Part shown: piece by piece, positions 52,088 to 62,089 of the stretch | Position numbering within the stretch: the stretch's first letter is position 1 | Layout of the letters: each line of letters starts with the position of its first letter | Assembly: GCA_963709285.1 (NCBI GenBank) | Contig: CAVPVR010000009.1 | Span: 272,333-336,332 of the forward strand | DNA: 64,000 nt | Reading direction: 5' to 3' | Source: an uncultured delta proteobacterium | GTDB taxonomy: Bacteria; Desulfobacterota; Desulfobaccia; Desulfobaccales; 0-14-0-80-60-11 | The notes under the pieces: generated by a model | Told to the model about the DNA's origin: nothing | Databases searched by the model: none | Seen by the model: only the letters and a program-made list of their open reading frames with translations | Made by a program: the position numbers and the translations under genes

Positions 52088-52110
52088 GGCCCGGGACCCA
52101 GGTATCTCCG

Positions 52111-52803
52111 GTGGCTCCCCAATTCCTTGGTCTCGCCTGGCTGCAAGAGACTTGGCGGGCGTATACCCAGGCGACTACCCAGCCCATCCTGCGGGGCCAT
52201 CCCATCACGTTGACCTCTCAGCAGTACGGCGCGGCCTTGCTCATGGTCTACCTGGGGGAGTTTCCCCTGGGGAAGCTGGCCGCTTTGGCGGGCGTCGACC
52301 TCGCCATCCTGGAAGAGTGGCGGGGGTCCCCTAAATTTCACCTGGTCATGGACTGGAGCAAGTCCCGGTTCGCCGGTTTTTTTCAGGAAAACTTGCTCCT
52401 GGAGGATTATTCCTGGCAGGAATATCAGGAAATCGCCGGGGAGTTTGCCTGCCTCGAGGAATCGCTGCGGGTACGGGTGCGCACGAAGCTCTACCCCCAG
52501 CTCCGGGACCTGGGAGCGCGGCTCGCCGATCAATACCGCCACGGCCTCTCCCTGGATACCTCCAGCTTTCCCCAGTTCCGCCGGCTTTTCCTGTTTTTTT
52601 GGGCCCTGGAAGCCTTCTGGCCCAGCCCGGCCCGGCCGCGTCTGAGAGACAAACTCCTGCCCTTGGCCCGGGAGGTGGTGTGGCCGGCCCTGGGGCTGGG
52701 GGAAGGGGAAGAGCTCTCTGTGGGGCTTTGGGAAGATCATGAACTTGTGATGCACCTCAAAAAGATCCTGGCCACAGAAATTCAAAAAATTTTTCAAAAC
52801 TAG
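52111..52803 (+). CDS. Hypothetical protein (possible HTH)
   Basis: 230-aa ORF co-oriented between two genes; LGKLAALAGVDLAILEEWR is HTH-like; start uncertain. Confidence 0.6.
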   Translation: MAPQFLGLAWLQETWRAYTQATTQPILRGHPITLTSQQYGAALLMVYLGEFPLGKLAALAGVDLAILEEWRGSPKFHLVMDWSKSRFAGFFQENLLLEDYSWQEYQEIAGEFACLEESLRVRVRTKLYPQLRDLGARLADQYRHGLSLDTSSFPQFRRLFLFFWALEAFWPSPARPRLRDKLLPLAREVVWPALGLGEGEELSVGLWEDHELVMHLKKILATEIQKIFQN

Positions 52804-52850
52804 GGGCGGGTGTCAAGCCCGCTCACACAGACTCTATTCTGAGGGTGCAC

Positions 52851-53321
52851 ATGGGCAAAAAGAGCGCCGGCCTCCTGCTCTACCGCCGCCGGGAAGGAAA
52901 GCTCGAGGTCTTCCTGGTTCACCCGGGAGGCCCCTTTTGGGCCAAAAAAGACGTGGGTGCCTGGTCCATTCCCAAGGGGGAGCACGGCCCTGACGAGGAT
53001 CCCCTTACATCCGCCTGCCGGGAGTTTACCGAGGAAACCGGTTTCACTGCCACCGGACCCTTTCTTCCCCTGACGCCCCTGAAGCAGAAAAGCGGCAAGG
53101 TGGTGGAAGCTTTTGCTTGCCAAGCCGAGGTGGACCCCAGGGACCTGACGAGCAATACCTTTACCCTGGAGTGGCCGCCCCGCTCGGGGAACCTGCAGGA
53201 ATTTCCGGAAGTGGACCGGGCCGCCTGGTTTCCTTTGGCGAAGGCCAAGGTGAAAATCCATCCGGGCCAGGTGGGTTTGCTGGAGGAACTGGTGCAGTTG
53301 TTAGGGGAGGACTTTCCTTAA
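52851..53321 (+). CDS. NUDIX hydrolase
   Basis: HPGGPFW, WSIPKGE...REFTEETG, FPEVDR. Confidence 0.92.
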   Translation: MGKKSAGLLLYRRREGKLEVFLVHPGGPFWAKKDVGAWSIPKGEHGPDEDPLTSACREFTEETGFTATGPFLPLTPLKQKSGKVVEAFACQAEVDPRDLTSNTFTLEWPPRSGNLQEFPEVDRAAWFPLAKAKVKIHPGQVGLLEELVQLLGEDFP

Positions 53322-54049
53322 CAACTCAGGCCAAAGCATCGCCGGGCGTTAGCCGTAGTCGTCTTAATAACCTGGGAAAGCTCAATCCCCTTTATTCGGC
53401 TCAATTCCCGGGCGGTGACCAGGAGGTCGGCGGGTTCTGAAACCTTGTCCTGGTAAACCACGGGCGCGTCAGTCTCAATGAGGATCTGAGACAGGGGCGC
53501 AGCCTGGATCGCCGCCTGGTGGGGCGGGCTGTAAGCCAGGGCCGGAGTGGCGGAGATGCAAGTAGCCGTCCCCAGAATCTCCTCGAGCACCTCCAGGGGC
53601 CCGCTGTACCAGTGAAACACCGCTTTGGCAATCCCCGCCTCTTTCACCATCCGGTGGGCCCGCGGCTGGGAAAAACGGGTGTGAATGATGACCGGCTTTC
53701 CTTCCCGGGCCGCCAGGTCGAGGAGCGCCGCCAAGACTTCCTGCTGCAATTTCTTTTTGACCTTGGCCTGATAGTCCAGGCCCACTTCCCCTAAGGCGAC
53801 GCAATCTGCCAAATGCTCCTGGATAAAGGCCAGGTTTTCCTGGACCGTTTCAGGGGTGATGGACCAGGGATGATAGCCCACCGCCGGATAAACCAGGGTG
53901 GGAAATCGCCGGTGCAGCTCCAAGGTGGCTCGGTTGGAGGCCATGTCCATGCCCACGGCCACGATACCCGTGATGCCGGCGTCCTGGGCCCGGTCCAGCG
54001 CCGCGTCCACATCCTCAATTTCATGGAGATGAGCGTGACTGTCGATCAT
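53318..54049 (-). CDS. TatD-family hydrolase
   Basis: IDSHAHL, GYHP, GEVGLD, IIH.R, FHWY, IETDAP. Confidence 0.93.
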   Translation of the reverse strand: MIDSHAHLHEIEDVDAALDRAQDAGITGIVAVGMDMASNRATLELHRRFPTLVYPAVGYHPWSITPETVQENLAFIQEHLADCVALGEVGLDYQAKVKKKLQQEVLAALLDLAAREGKPVIIHTRFSQPRAHRMVKEAGIAKAVFHWYSGPLEVLEEILGTATCISATPALAYSPPHQAAIQAAPLSQILIETDAPVVYQDKVSEPADLLVTARELSRIKGIELSQVIKTTTANARRCFGLSC

Positions 54050-54110
54050 GGTTTGTCAACTCAAGACATCTGTAAAAGTGCATTATCCTGGGAAAAACCA
54101 GTCCAACATT

Positions 54111-54210
54111 CCCCCTCCCCCGGTGGGAGGGGGTTAGGGGGAGGGGGACTAAACAGATAATATTTTCTTATCACCCCCAACCCAGCCTTCCCCCATCAAG
54201 GGGGAGGGAG
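54111..54210. repeat. CCCTCCCC/GGGGAGGG double-hairpin repeat
   Basis: Same design as 43226-43340. Confidence 0.7.
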
Positions 54211-54236
54211 CTTGAAGTCATCTCCAATAGATGGCG

Positions 54237-54575
54237 TTACTGTTCTGAATTCTCAATTTCTTTCACAAATTCCTGAAAAAGATCCACATCGCCGCTTTGC
54301 GCTCTCTGCCGGTCTTCATAGGGAACGGCCACCCGGCGGTAGAACTCGGAGGCAATATTTTGAAAAACGCCGGTGAGAGCGGCGATGAGCCAGTAGCGCA
54401 GGCCACCGAAACGGCGCCGCACCGTAGCCAGGGCCAGGCGGGTGCAGGTATAGTTCAGGAGGCCGGTGAAGGCGCCATCGTACCCTGCGGCCTTGGCCTG
54501 GGCTGCTAAGCGGTCGGCCAGCGCCTCGATGAGGGGTTCAAGGTCCTGCCGCAGCTCCGGTGCAATATACGGCAT
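54237..54575 (-). CDS. Conserved hypothetical protein (MPYI...LNY...YRR..PYED...GDV)
   Basis: AGGAGG RBS. The motif pattern resembles a family I recall from phages (DUF6899); unverified. Confidence 0.7.
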   Translation of the reverse strand: MPYIAPELRQDLEPLIEALADRLAAQAKAAGYDGAFTGLLNYTCTRLALATVRRRFGGLRYWLIAALTGVFQNIASEFYRRVAVPYEDRQRAQSGDVDLFQEFVKEIENSEQ

Positions 54576-54841
54576 GATTGTCCTCCTGAGAGAATGGGTC
54601 ATATGAGGATTTGGGGGATGGGGGCCAGGGACCTCAGGTCCAGTCCCTTTCCCTACAAACCCTTTTTTCATAGTGATTTCATTATAAGGTGATGGCGATG
54701 GGTAGAGAACCCCAATTTGTCGTCAGCCAGGCAGAGTTCAAATAAATTATTCACGGGTGCTCTTAGGTTGACGGGCCTGGGGCCAATAAACTCGATATAA
54801 TGCAGTTGTGGCAACGAGTTATTCGGGGAGATAGTGAGTCC

Positions 54842-55330
54842 ATGACACATACAACAACACTCCCCCTTTTTGGCGTCATCCTGGCCGGGGGGTCGGGCAC
54901 CCGGTTCTGGCCCTTGAGCCGCTCGCAGTCCCCCAAGCAGGTGCTGCGGCTGTAGGGGTCGGACACCCTGCTCCAGGGCACCTGCGCCCGCCTTTTCCCC
55001 CGTATTCCCCCCGAACGCTTGGCCGTTGTTACCGCGGCGTCCCAGGCCGACGTCATCCGCCTGAACCCCTGAACCTGTTTTGTGGATGTAGCCCGTGCGT
55101 ACTAAAAAGGCCATCTTTAACACCCAAGCTAGCTTAAAGATACAAGGGTGGCGCCCAACCAGAGCGTCTACGTGCCGGTTAAGACGCCCCACCGCCTCGA
55201 GAATCCCGGCACCGAACCCCTCTGCCTCATCGAAGTCCAGACCGGGGACTATCTCGAGGAAGATGATATTGTGCGCCTGGCAAATGATTTTTGGCGCCTC
55301 AAGGAAAAAGCCAGAAAAAATTCTGAATAA
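54842..55330 (+). pseudogene. manC: Mannose-1-phosphate guanylyltransferase/isomerase remnant with internal stop and large deletion
   Basis: [22 protein letters not shown] at 54953, homology ends about 55066, then the cupin C-terminus HRLENPG...IEVQTGDYLEEDDIVR. Confidence 0.9.
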
Positions 55331-55385
55331 AAAAATCAGAGGCTTACGGATGGCATGATCCTGAAAAAATAAGTATATTTAACCA

Positions 55386-56480
55386 ATGTGCTCAATTAAG
55401 CGCTGGACCTCGCTTCTGGTCCTCCTTCTCGGGGGGCTATTTTTTTCCGCCTGCACCTCGGCGCCGGAGCAGCCCAGACTACCCCAGGTGGCGGAAAAGG
55501 AGTCCGCCCAGGGGTTGGTGCCCCAGGAATTCTTGTGCCCCGGGGACAGCTTGAAAGAGGGGGTGGACCCCCGGTTGGCCCGGGAAATTCAGGCTTTTTT
55601 AGCGGAGAGCGGTATCCTCCGGGGGGCTCCGGCCGAGGCCCAAGCCCAAATTCCGGTGGTGTTAAACCAACCCGTCAAATCCTATCTCAGGTATTTTTCC
55701 GGGACCGGCAAGGGGAATTTTAGGGCCTCCCTGGCCCGCTCGGGGCGTTACCTTCCCATGATGCGCCGCATCCTCAAGAAACACGGCTTACCGCCGGAGC
55801 TGGTCTATCTCGCCCTGATAGAAAGCGGGTATAATCCCTGGGCCCGGTCCCCCAAGGAGGCCGTGGGGCCCTGGCAATTCATTGAGGGCACGGCCAGGCG
55901 CTACGGCTTGAAGGTCAATGATCACCTGGACGAGCGCCGGGACCCGGAGAAGTCCACCCAGGCTGCAGCCCGCTATCTCAAAGACTTATACCGCCAGTTC
56001 GGCTGCTGGTATCTGGCCACCGCCGGTTACAATGCCGGGGAAAAGCGGGTGGAAGGGGCAGTGCGCCGCACCGCCAGCCAGGATTTCTGGACCTTGGCCC
56101 AGAAGGGACAGCTCCCCCAAGAAACCTGTAATTTTGTGCCCCAGTTTATTGCTGCAGCTCTTATTGCCAGAAACCCTGAGCGTTACGGCTTCAGTAAAAT
56201 AACCTACCATCACCCCCTGACCTACGAGCACGTAAAATTGCCTGGCGGCACCGACCTCAGAAGGTTTGCTCAAGCTCTTCAGATCTCCCTGGAGGAAGTC
56301 CGGGAACTCAACCCGGAGCTCCAGCAATGGGTGACGCCTGCTGACCAGCGGGAATATCTCCTCAAGGTCCCGGTACACAAGAAAAAAGACGCTCGGCGGC
56401 TGGCTCGGGTCTGCTGGCAAATGGCCAAAGGACCTGCCCGGGTCAGCGCTGGTGAACCTTCCGGTAAGAACCTGCCATAA
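55386..56480 (+). CDS. MltD-like lytic murein transglycosylase, lipoprotein
   Basis: Lipobox FSAC; ALIESG, GPWQF, YNAGE, ET..FVP, ELNPEL. Confidence 0.92.
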   Translation: MCSIKRWTSLLVLLLGGLFFSACTSAPEQPRLPQVAEKESAQGLVPQEFLCPGDSLKEGVDPRLAREIQAFLAESGILRGAPAEAQAQIPVVLNQPVKSYLRYFSGTGKGNFRASLARSGRYLPMMRRILKKHGLPPELVYLALIESGYNPWARSPKEAVGPWQFIEGTARRYGLKVNDHLDERRDPEKSTQAAARYLKDLYRQFGCWYLATAGYNAGEKRVEGAVRRTASQDFWTLAQKGQLPQETCNFVPQFIAAALIARNPERYGFSKITYHHPLTYEHVKLPGGTDLRRFAQALQISLEEVRELNPELQQWVTPADQREYLLKVPVHKKKDARRLARVCWQMAKGPARVSAGEPSGKNLP

Positions 56481-56591
56481 AATTTACAAAAATTAGACAA
56501 GTCGTTACTGGGCCGGAACGAAAACAGTTCCCAGAGGCCCCGGCACGTCTCATTTCCCCTCCTGGCGGTCAGGCCTTTTGCCAAAAGAAAT

Positions 56592-56607
56592 TGGCATAGG
56601 ACTTGCT
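56592..56607 (+). promoter_or_regulatory. sigma54-type promoter
   Basis: TGGCAT-AGGAC-TTGCT. Confidence 0.65.
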
Positions 56608-56691
56608 TCTCTGTCATAATACAAATTTTACTCCTAACAGTGGCGCCCAGGCTAAGGGTAATCCGGACCCTGTTTCCCGCGGCTTCAGATA

Positions 56692-58233
56692 ATGGCAAAA
56701 ATTCCTGTTCTTTTGTGGTGCCTTGGCTTCCTCGTAACGGGACCTACCGCTCTGTGGGGAGCGAAGTTAGATCCGGCCCCGGCTGTGGTGGCGGTCGTGA
56801 GCCTGGACGATCAGGGGGAACCCCGGCGCCAGGGTCTGGGGGTGATGGTGGGCAAAAACGGCAGGGTGCTCACCAGCGCGCGTCTGTTAGCCGCGGGAGG
56901 AACGAACGTGGTGCGCACCGGCAAGGGGGATAAATACCTGGTCCAGGAAATACTATACCAGGACCCCCTGCAGGACCTTGCCCTGGTAAAAGTGGACGCC
57001 AAAGGGCTCCCCGGGGTGGAGGTGGGTGCAGCCGGGCGGGTGAGGCTGGCCGAAGCGGTCAGGGTGGGATTGTGGCAAGAAACAGGCGTGGTCCTCAAAG
57101 AAGCCCGGGTGGCGAGTGTACACCCCTTCTCTCCCCGGCTGACCCTGGTAATGCTCAAACCGTCCCTGGCCGAGGCAGAACCGGGAACCCCGTTGTTTGA
57201 CTCCAGGGCTGAACTCGTAGGGATGGTTCACACCTTTGCCGGGAAAGGCGGTACGTCTAGCGGCTTTCAGGTGATCCTGACTCGGGACCGCAGCCTGTTA
57301 CCCCGGGAAATCTGGGCTTCCCCGGCCAGGAAAACCACCCAACAAGGAAACGATCAAAGAGAGGTTTTTCTCACCGAAAAAACTGCCCCAAGCTCCCTGG
57401 ACACCTCTTCTCTTGACCTCAAGAGGGACCAGACAGCCGGGGGGGACCAGGGTAAGCAGCCGGAGAAGACTGAGACTGACGCCTTTCCTGCCTTTTGGCT
57501 GGGAGTGCAAGATAGTCTGAACCTCAAGTGGCAGGAAGCCCAGGAGCAGTTCACTGCTGCCTTGGCCGCGCCCGAGGGACTACCGGAGGCCTCTTTCGGC
57601 CGGGGGGTGGCCCGCTACCATTTAGGGGATAACAAGGGCGCGGCCCAAGACCTCTTAGAGGCCACTCAACGCCTGCCCCATTACGCCCTGGCTGCCTTCT
57701 GGTTGGGGAAGGCTTGGGAACGCCTGGGAAACCTAACCGAGGCCCGAGAGGCTTACCAGCGGGCCGTGAGTCAGGCTCCCGATCTCAAGGAGGCCTGGTT
57801 TTCCCTGGGAATCCTGGCCTACAAGGAAGGCCGTTTGGACGAGGCCCGGAAATGTCTGGAGCAGGCCGGGAACGGGGTTGATCAGGCCGGGCAACGCGCT
57901 TTTTACCTGGGCAACATTGCCCGCAGCCAGGGACGGCTGGAGCAGGCTCGCGCCGCGTTTGTTGAGGCCGTCAAACAAGACCCAGGTTTTCTCCCGGCCT
58001 ATGTGGAAGGGAGCAAAACCCTCCTCGACCTGGGCCGTCCTCAGGAAGCGGTCGGGCTCCTCACTGAGCTAAGGCGACGGGACCCCAAGCTACCCCTGGC
58101 CCGGTATTACCTGGCTTTGGCCCACCAAGCCTCTTGGAATGCCAAGGAGGCCTGGGAACAATACCTCGCCTTGCAACAACTGGACCCGGCCCTGGCTTCC
58201 CGCCTGGCGCCGCTCCTGGAGCAGCGTCGGTAA
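56692..58233 (+). CDS. Trypsin-like (degenerate) domain plus TPR repeats, exported
   Basis: QGLGV.V...G.VLTS, DLALVKV, GTPLFD..AELVG; C-terminal TPR array. Confidence 0.8.
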   Translation: MAKIPVLLWCLGFLVTGPTALWGAKLDPAPAVVAVVSLDDQGEPRRQGLGVMVGKNGRVLTSARLLAAGGTNVVRTGKGDKYLVQEILYQDPLQDLALVKVDAKGLPGVEVGAAGRVRLAEAVRVGLWQETGVVLKEARVASVHPFSPRLTLVMLKPSLAEAEPGTPLFDSRAELVGMVHTFAGKGGTSSGFQVILTRDRSLLPREIWASPARKTTQQGNDQREVFLTEKTAPSSLDTSSLDLKRDQTAGGDQGKQPEKTETDAFPAFWLGVQDSLNLKWQEAQEQFTAALAAPEGLPEASFGRGVARYHLGDNKGAAQDLLEATQRLPHYALAAFWLGKAWERLGNLTEAREAYQRAVSQAPDLKEAWFSLGILAYKEGRLDEARKCLEQAGNGVDQAGQRAFYLGNIARSQGRLEQARAAFVEAVKQDPGFLPAYVEGSKTLLDLGRPQEAVGLLTELRRRDPKLPLARYYLALAHQASWNAKEAWEQYLALQQLDPALASRLAPLLEQRR

Positions 58234-58467
58234 GGACCAGACCGCAGTTTCCTGGGGGTAGGCCAGGGTCAAAAAGACTTGGCGCCAAGGCCAACATTTA
58301 AAGAAAACTCTTAAAAATAACGGAAAAAGGTTGGTTCCTTGGTAGGAAAAAGGAGATAATGGCCTTCAAATTTTCCTCGGCGAAAATGCCATGGCGTGGA
58401 GGGGCGTCCGGGCAGGACCTCCCCCTGTTCCCCTGGAAGGGCTCAGTTTTTTTTCTTTCAACGGGGC

Positions 58468-59061
58468 TTACAATCTGGATTCCACATATTGGGCCCAAGC
58501 TTCCTGGGCATGAGCAGGCGGTGGCAGGGCCAGGGCGGTGCAGAGGAGGTGGTGGGTCAATTCGTGGGCCAGGATACCCTCGTGAAGATCCTTGAGGGAC
58601 AGATAGACGGTGCGGGTACCGACGTAGTAAAAGGCCTCCAGGAAGCCATAGCCGAAAAGGCCCGGACGCTGGCCCGGCACGAGAAGTACATGGCGCTGCC
58701 GTACCTCTTTGCCGTTCGACAAAAGGACAATATTGATTCGGGGTGTGCGTGAAGGAGAGAGATTAAGAAGTTGAGCGACCCTGACCAGAATAGCGTCGAT
58801 TTTGGCGGCCAGCCGCGGGAACCCTGGATGAAAGGCAAATCTCCCCGTAGTTCGGGGCTGAGAGGTAGAGGCCACAGTGTCAAAATGCAGCCGTCGCTCC
58901 ATTTCCAGGAGGTCAGTGGTTGAGTTGGCTCGCACTACGGTATACTGTGTGTGGAACACCTCCTGGCCCCAGGCGGGCAGATCGAGACCCCAGGTTAGAA
59001 CTAGGACTGTGAGGGTCAGGTAAAACGGAACAATCCTACAAAGACTTATTTTCCTCCCCAT
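58468..59061 (-). CDS. Exported hypothetical protein with HExxH motif
   Basis: Signal peptide; ILAHELTHH followed by a downstream E. Confidence 0.65.
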   Translation of the reverse strand: MGRKISLCRIVPFYLTLTVLVLTWGLDLPAWGQEVFHTQYTVVRANSTTDLLEMERRLHFDTVASTSQPRTTGRFAFHPGFPRLAAKIDAILVRVAQLLNLSPSRTPRINIVLLSNGKEVRQRHVLLVPGQRPGLFGYGFLEAFYYVGTRTVYLSLKDLHEGILAHELTHHLLCTALALPPPAHAQEAWAQYVESRL

Positions 59062-59426
59062 GGGAAGCAGCCCTCCTCTGAAAGTCTGGGGCTGCCAGAA
59101 CTAGCGGCCGTTGGTTAAGGCCCTGAGGGAGAAAGAAACCAGCCTGGGGCCCAGACTTCGGCAGCCCGGCCATCTTGCCCGATGAGGCAAGACCCGTGGC
59201 TTTGCGCCCCATCCTCACGGATGGTTTGCCAGTATCGGTCTGAGATAGAGAGCCCCCCGGCACCGTGGTGCGGGCAGGCATCTGATACAAGTATCGGTTC
59301 AGGTCCCTGGGGGAATAAATTTTGGGGGATTAGCTGGTTTGCTGAGAAACGCAGAGAACTCTCCGCCTGAGGGCTGGTTGGCTCGGAATTCAACTTCGGG
59401 TGGCAGGTGAACCTGGGAGGGAAGCC

Positions 59427-60818
59427 ATGAAAATCTGGGGAAAAATCGCCTTTCTAACTATCGGGATAATTCTCTTCGTGGTCTATTCGGGACCGGTCAG
59501 ATCGGAGGAACCCAAGGAACCCGACACCACCGAAATCCCTGTGGAAATGAAGGAGCCACCCCCGGAACGCCCGGTGGAGCCTCCAGGATATTTTCCCGGC
59601 CTCATTGGCCCCACCACCATCGGCACCATAGAGTCGGGGCCGGTGTCAGGGCTCATCTCCCCTTATGGCAACATGGCGGCCTATGACACCCTGGTGCGAG
59701 GCTGGCGCAGCCGCCGCCTCGGCAAGGTGATTCTGACTCCCTACCTTGAATTCGGCGGTCTGTACCGCAGCAATATCTTTCTCACTCCCATAGACAAGAA
59801 AAGCGATTTCATTGTCAACATCACCCCCGGCTTGCGGGCGGAACTGCCCATCGCCAGGCGCCACCGTCTCTCTTTAGGATACCTTGGCAGCGGCTTCAGC
59901 TACACTACATATCCCAAAGAATCTCATTACGATCAAAATATGAATGTTGATATGGCCCTCAACCCCGAGGGGAAAATGTCCCTGCGCTTCGGCAACACCC
60001 TGCGGCTGGCCACCGAGGAGCGCAACTCCGAATTCGCCCTCAGGCGACGCTACTTACGGAACACTCCTTATCTCACGGCCATCTACAAATTAGCCGATCG
60101 CTGGAAACTGGAGGGCAATTATCAATTCGACACCCTGGAATTTGCCAAAAACGTTGACCGGTTTAATAACTTTAACCAGCACACGGGGGGGGCTACCCTG
60201 TACTACAGGATTTTACCGAAAACTGCGGTCCTGGCGCAGTACATCTTCACGTACCGGACTTATCCTTCCTTTTCAGCGGACAACACTGCCACTCATTCTC
60301 CCTTGGTGGGCCTCACCTGGGATCCCACCGCCAAATTGACCGGCACCATAAAATTTGGTTACACTTTTGTTAATTACGAAACCAGTGTGGATGGACGCAA
60401 CAATTCACCGGAAAACTGGACTCTGAGCGCCCAACTCCTCTACCGCCTCAGCCGCTATACCAACCTGTCCCTGACGGCCCAGCGGTCATTCCAGGAGGAT
60501 GTGGACTTTTTCAACGCAGGCTACGAAAACACCGGCGTTTGGGTAACGCTGAACCATGAGTGGACCCGCTTCAAGGTGTTCAGTTATGCTTCTTTCTTTT
60601 ACCTGAACAACGCTTATATCAACCGGGCTCCGGACGCTTCGGGGGAGTTTCTGACCCGCGAGGACCATATCGTCGGCGCTGGCGTGGGATTTAACCGGGC
60701 TTTGACCCGCTGGCTCAGGATTCGGTTGGCTTACAGTTACATCAATCGGAACTCCAATTTCTTTGGGTTTAGCTATAATGACCATAAGTTTATTGCGGGA
60801 CTCCAGACTTCTTTTTAA
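59427..60818 (+). CDS. Outer-membrane beta-barrel protein of a polysaccharide export locus (EpsX/BBP2-like)
   Basis: Y.SNIF, alternating aromatic strands, R.SN...Y..H, C-terminal F; directly upstream of the OPX gene. Confidence 0.82.
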   Translation: MKIWGKIAFLTIGIILFVVYSGPVRSEEPKEPDTTEIPVEMKEPPPERPVEPPGYFPGLIGPTTIGTIESGPVSGLISPYGNMAAYDTLVRGWRSRRLGKVILTPYLEFGGLYRSNIFLTPIDKKSDFIVNITPGLRAELPIARRHRLSLGYLGSGFSYTTYPKESHYDQNMNVDMALNPEGKMSLRFGNTLRLATEERNSEFALRRRYLRNTPYLTAIYKLADRWKLEGNYQFDTLEFAKNVDRFNNFNQHTGGATLYYRILPKTAVLAQYIFTYRTYPSFSADNTATHSPLVGLTWDPTAKLTGTIKFGYTFVNYETSVDGRNNSPENWTLSAQLLYRLSRYTNLSLTAQRSFQEDVDFFNAGYENTGVWVTLNHEWTRFKVFSYASFFYLNNAYINRAPDASGEFLTREDHIVGAGVGFNRALTRWLRIRLAYSYINRNSNFFGFSYNDHKFIAGLQTSF

Positions 60819-61097
60819 CCAGCAAAGCCCGGAGAAACTGGGCGCCTACCTCCAATCCAACTGGTCCTGGTCTTCAGGGGAGGGCTGGTAAGACGGTAAC
60901 ATTTTAACCCCCGGGGGAAATTTGGCTGTGGATTTGCGACGGTTTAACTTATGGGAGGTTTTGTTCGAGTTACTTCATAGAGAATTACTAGGCCCCGGGG
61001 GCGCCGGGGGAACCATGCCCCGGGCCTCTCTACAGGGACGGAGAAGTGTTCTTCTTGCTTCCAAGTGATGGCACGGTTGAGGAGACGAGGCCCCAGT

Positions 61098-61940
61098 ATG
61101 CATAAGAAGATCATGGCGCTAGGTATCCTTCTGCTTGTGCTGGGTCTGGCAATGCCGGCTTGGGCCCAGGAAGACTACCGCCTGGGTCCGGAAGATGAAA
61201 TCGAGATCCGGGTCTGGAGCCACGATGACTTGACCCGCAAGGTGAGAGTGGGCCTCCACGGTACCATCTCTTTTCCCTTCGTGGGGGAGATCAAGGCCCA
61301 GGGTCGCACCGTTCAGGAACTGCAACGGGAACTGGAACAGCGTCTCGGCCCCAAGTACATCATCGACCCGAATGTCTCCATTAACGTCACGGAGTATAAG
61401 AGCCAGAAGTTTTTCGTGGTGGGAAACGTCAGTAAACCCGCCACCTATCCCCTGACCAAACCCATCCGAGTAGTGGAAGCCATCTCCCTGGCTGGAGGTC
61501 TGGGCACGGGCTCAGGAGGTAAAGGAGGGACCGGCACCGCCGTGGCTATTATCGTGAGAGCCAAGCCGGGAGGGAAACAGGATCAGCCCCGCCTGCCGGA
61601 CCAGACTCCAGCCGGGGAAAAAATCACGGTTTCCCTCTCCGCCGCCATGGCGGGAGATCCCCGGCACAATCTGGAAATTAAGAACGGGGACACCGTTTAC
61701 GTCCCTGCTCTTTTCTTCTACGTCCAGGGACAGGTGAAAACCGCCGGACGCTTCCCCTATGAGGAGAACATGACCGTGCTCATGGCGGTTACCACTGCCG
61801 GGGGCTTTACGGACAAGGCCTCTCCCCGGCGCACCTTTATTACTCGGGAAAAGGATGGGAAAAAACAAGAGATCAGGGTCAAATTAGATGACCCTATCCA
61901 GCCGGGAGACGTCATTACCGTGCCGGAATCCTGGTTTTAA
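61098..61940 (+). CDS. Polysaccharide export protein (OPX/Wza-type, Poly_export plus two SLBB domains)
   Basis: YRLGPED.I.I.V, GTISFPFVG, G.V..PA.Y, AGGF, PGD.I.VPESWF; no lipobox. Confidence 0.92.
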   Translation: MHKKIMALGILLLVLGLAMPAWAQEDYRLGPEDEIEIRVWSHDDLTRKVRVGLHGTISFPFVGEIKAQGRTVQELQRELEQRLGPKYIIDPNVSINVTEYKSQKFFVVGNVSKPATYPLTKPIRVVEAISLAGGLGTGSGGKGGTGTAVAIIVRAKPGGKQDQPRLPDQTPAGEKITVSLSAAMAGDPRHNLEIKNGDTVYVPALFFYVQGQVKTAGRFPYEENMTVLMAVTTAGGFTDKASPRRTFITREKDGKKQEIRVKLDDPIQPGDVITVPESWF

Positions 61941-62089
61941 GGTGCCGGCGCCATCCTCGAGAATAGTTCAGTCTTTTGGTCGGCACCTTCTCGGCAGACA
62001 AGGTTTTTGTCCAATTTTGCCGAGGTTATCATCCCGGTTTTATTCCGATCTCTCATATCCCGTAGACCTCGGAACATGAGGTTTTTTGT

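Noticed and set aside
54953-54955. Pyrrolysine readthrough of the in-frame TAG in manC
   Set aside because: The gene is also largely deleted and no pyl genes are in the window.
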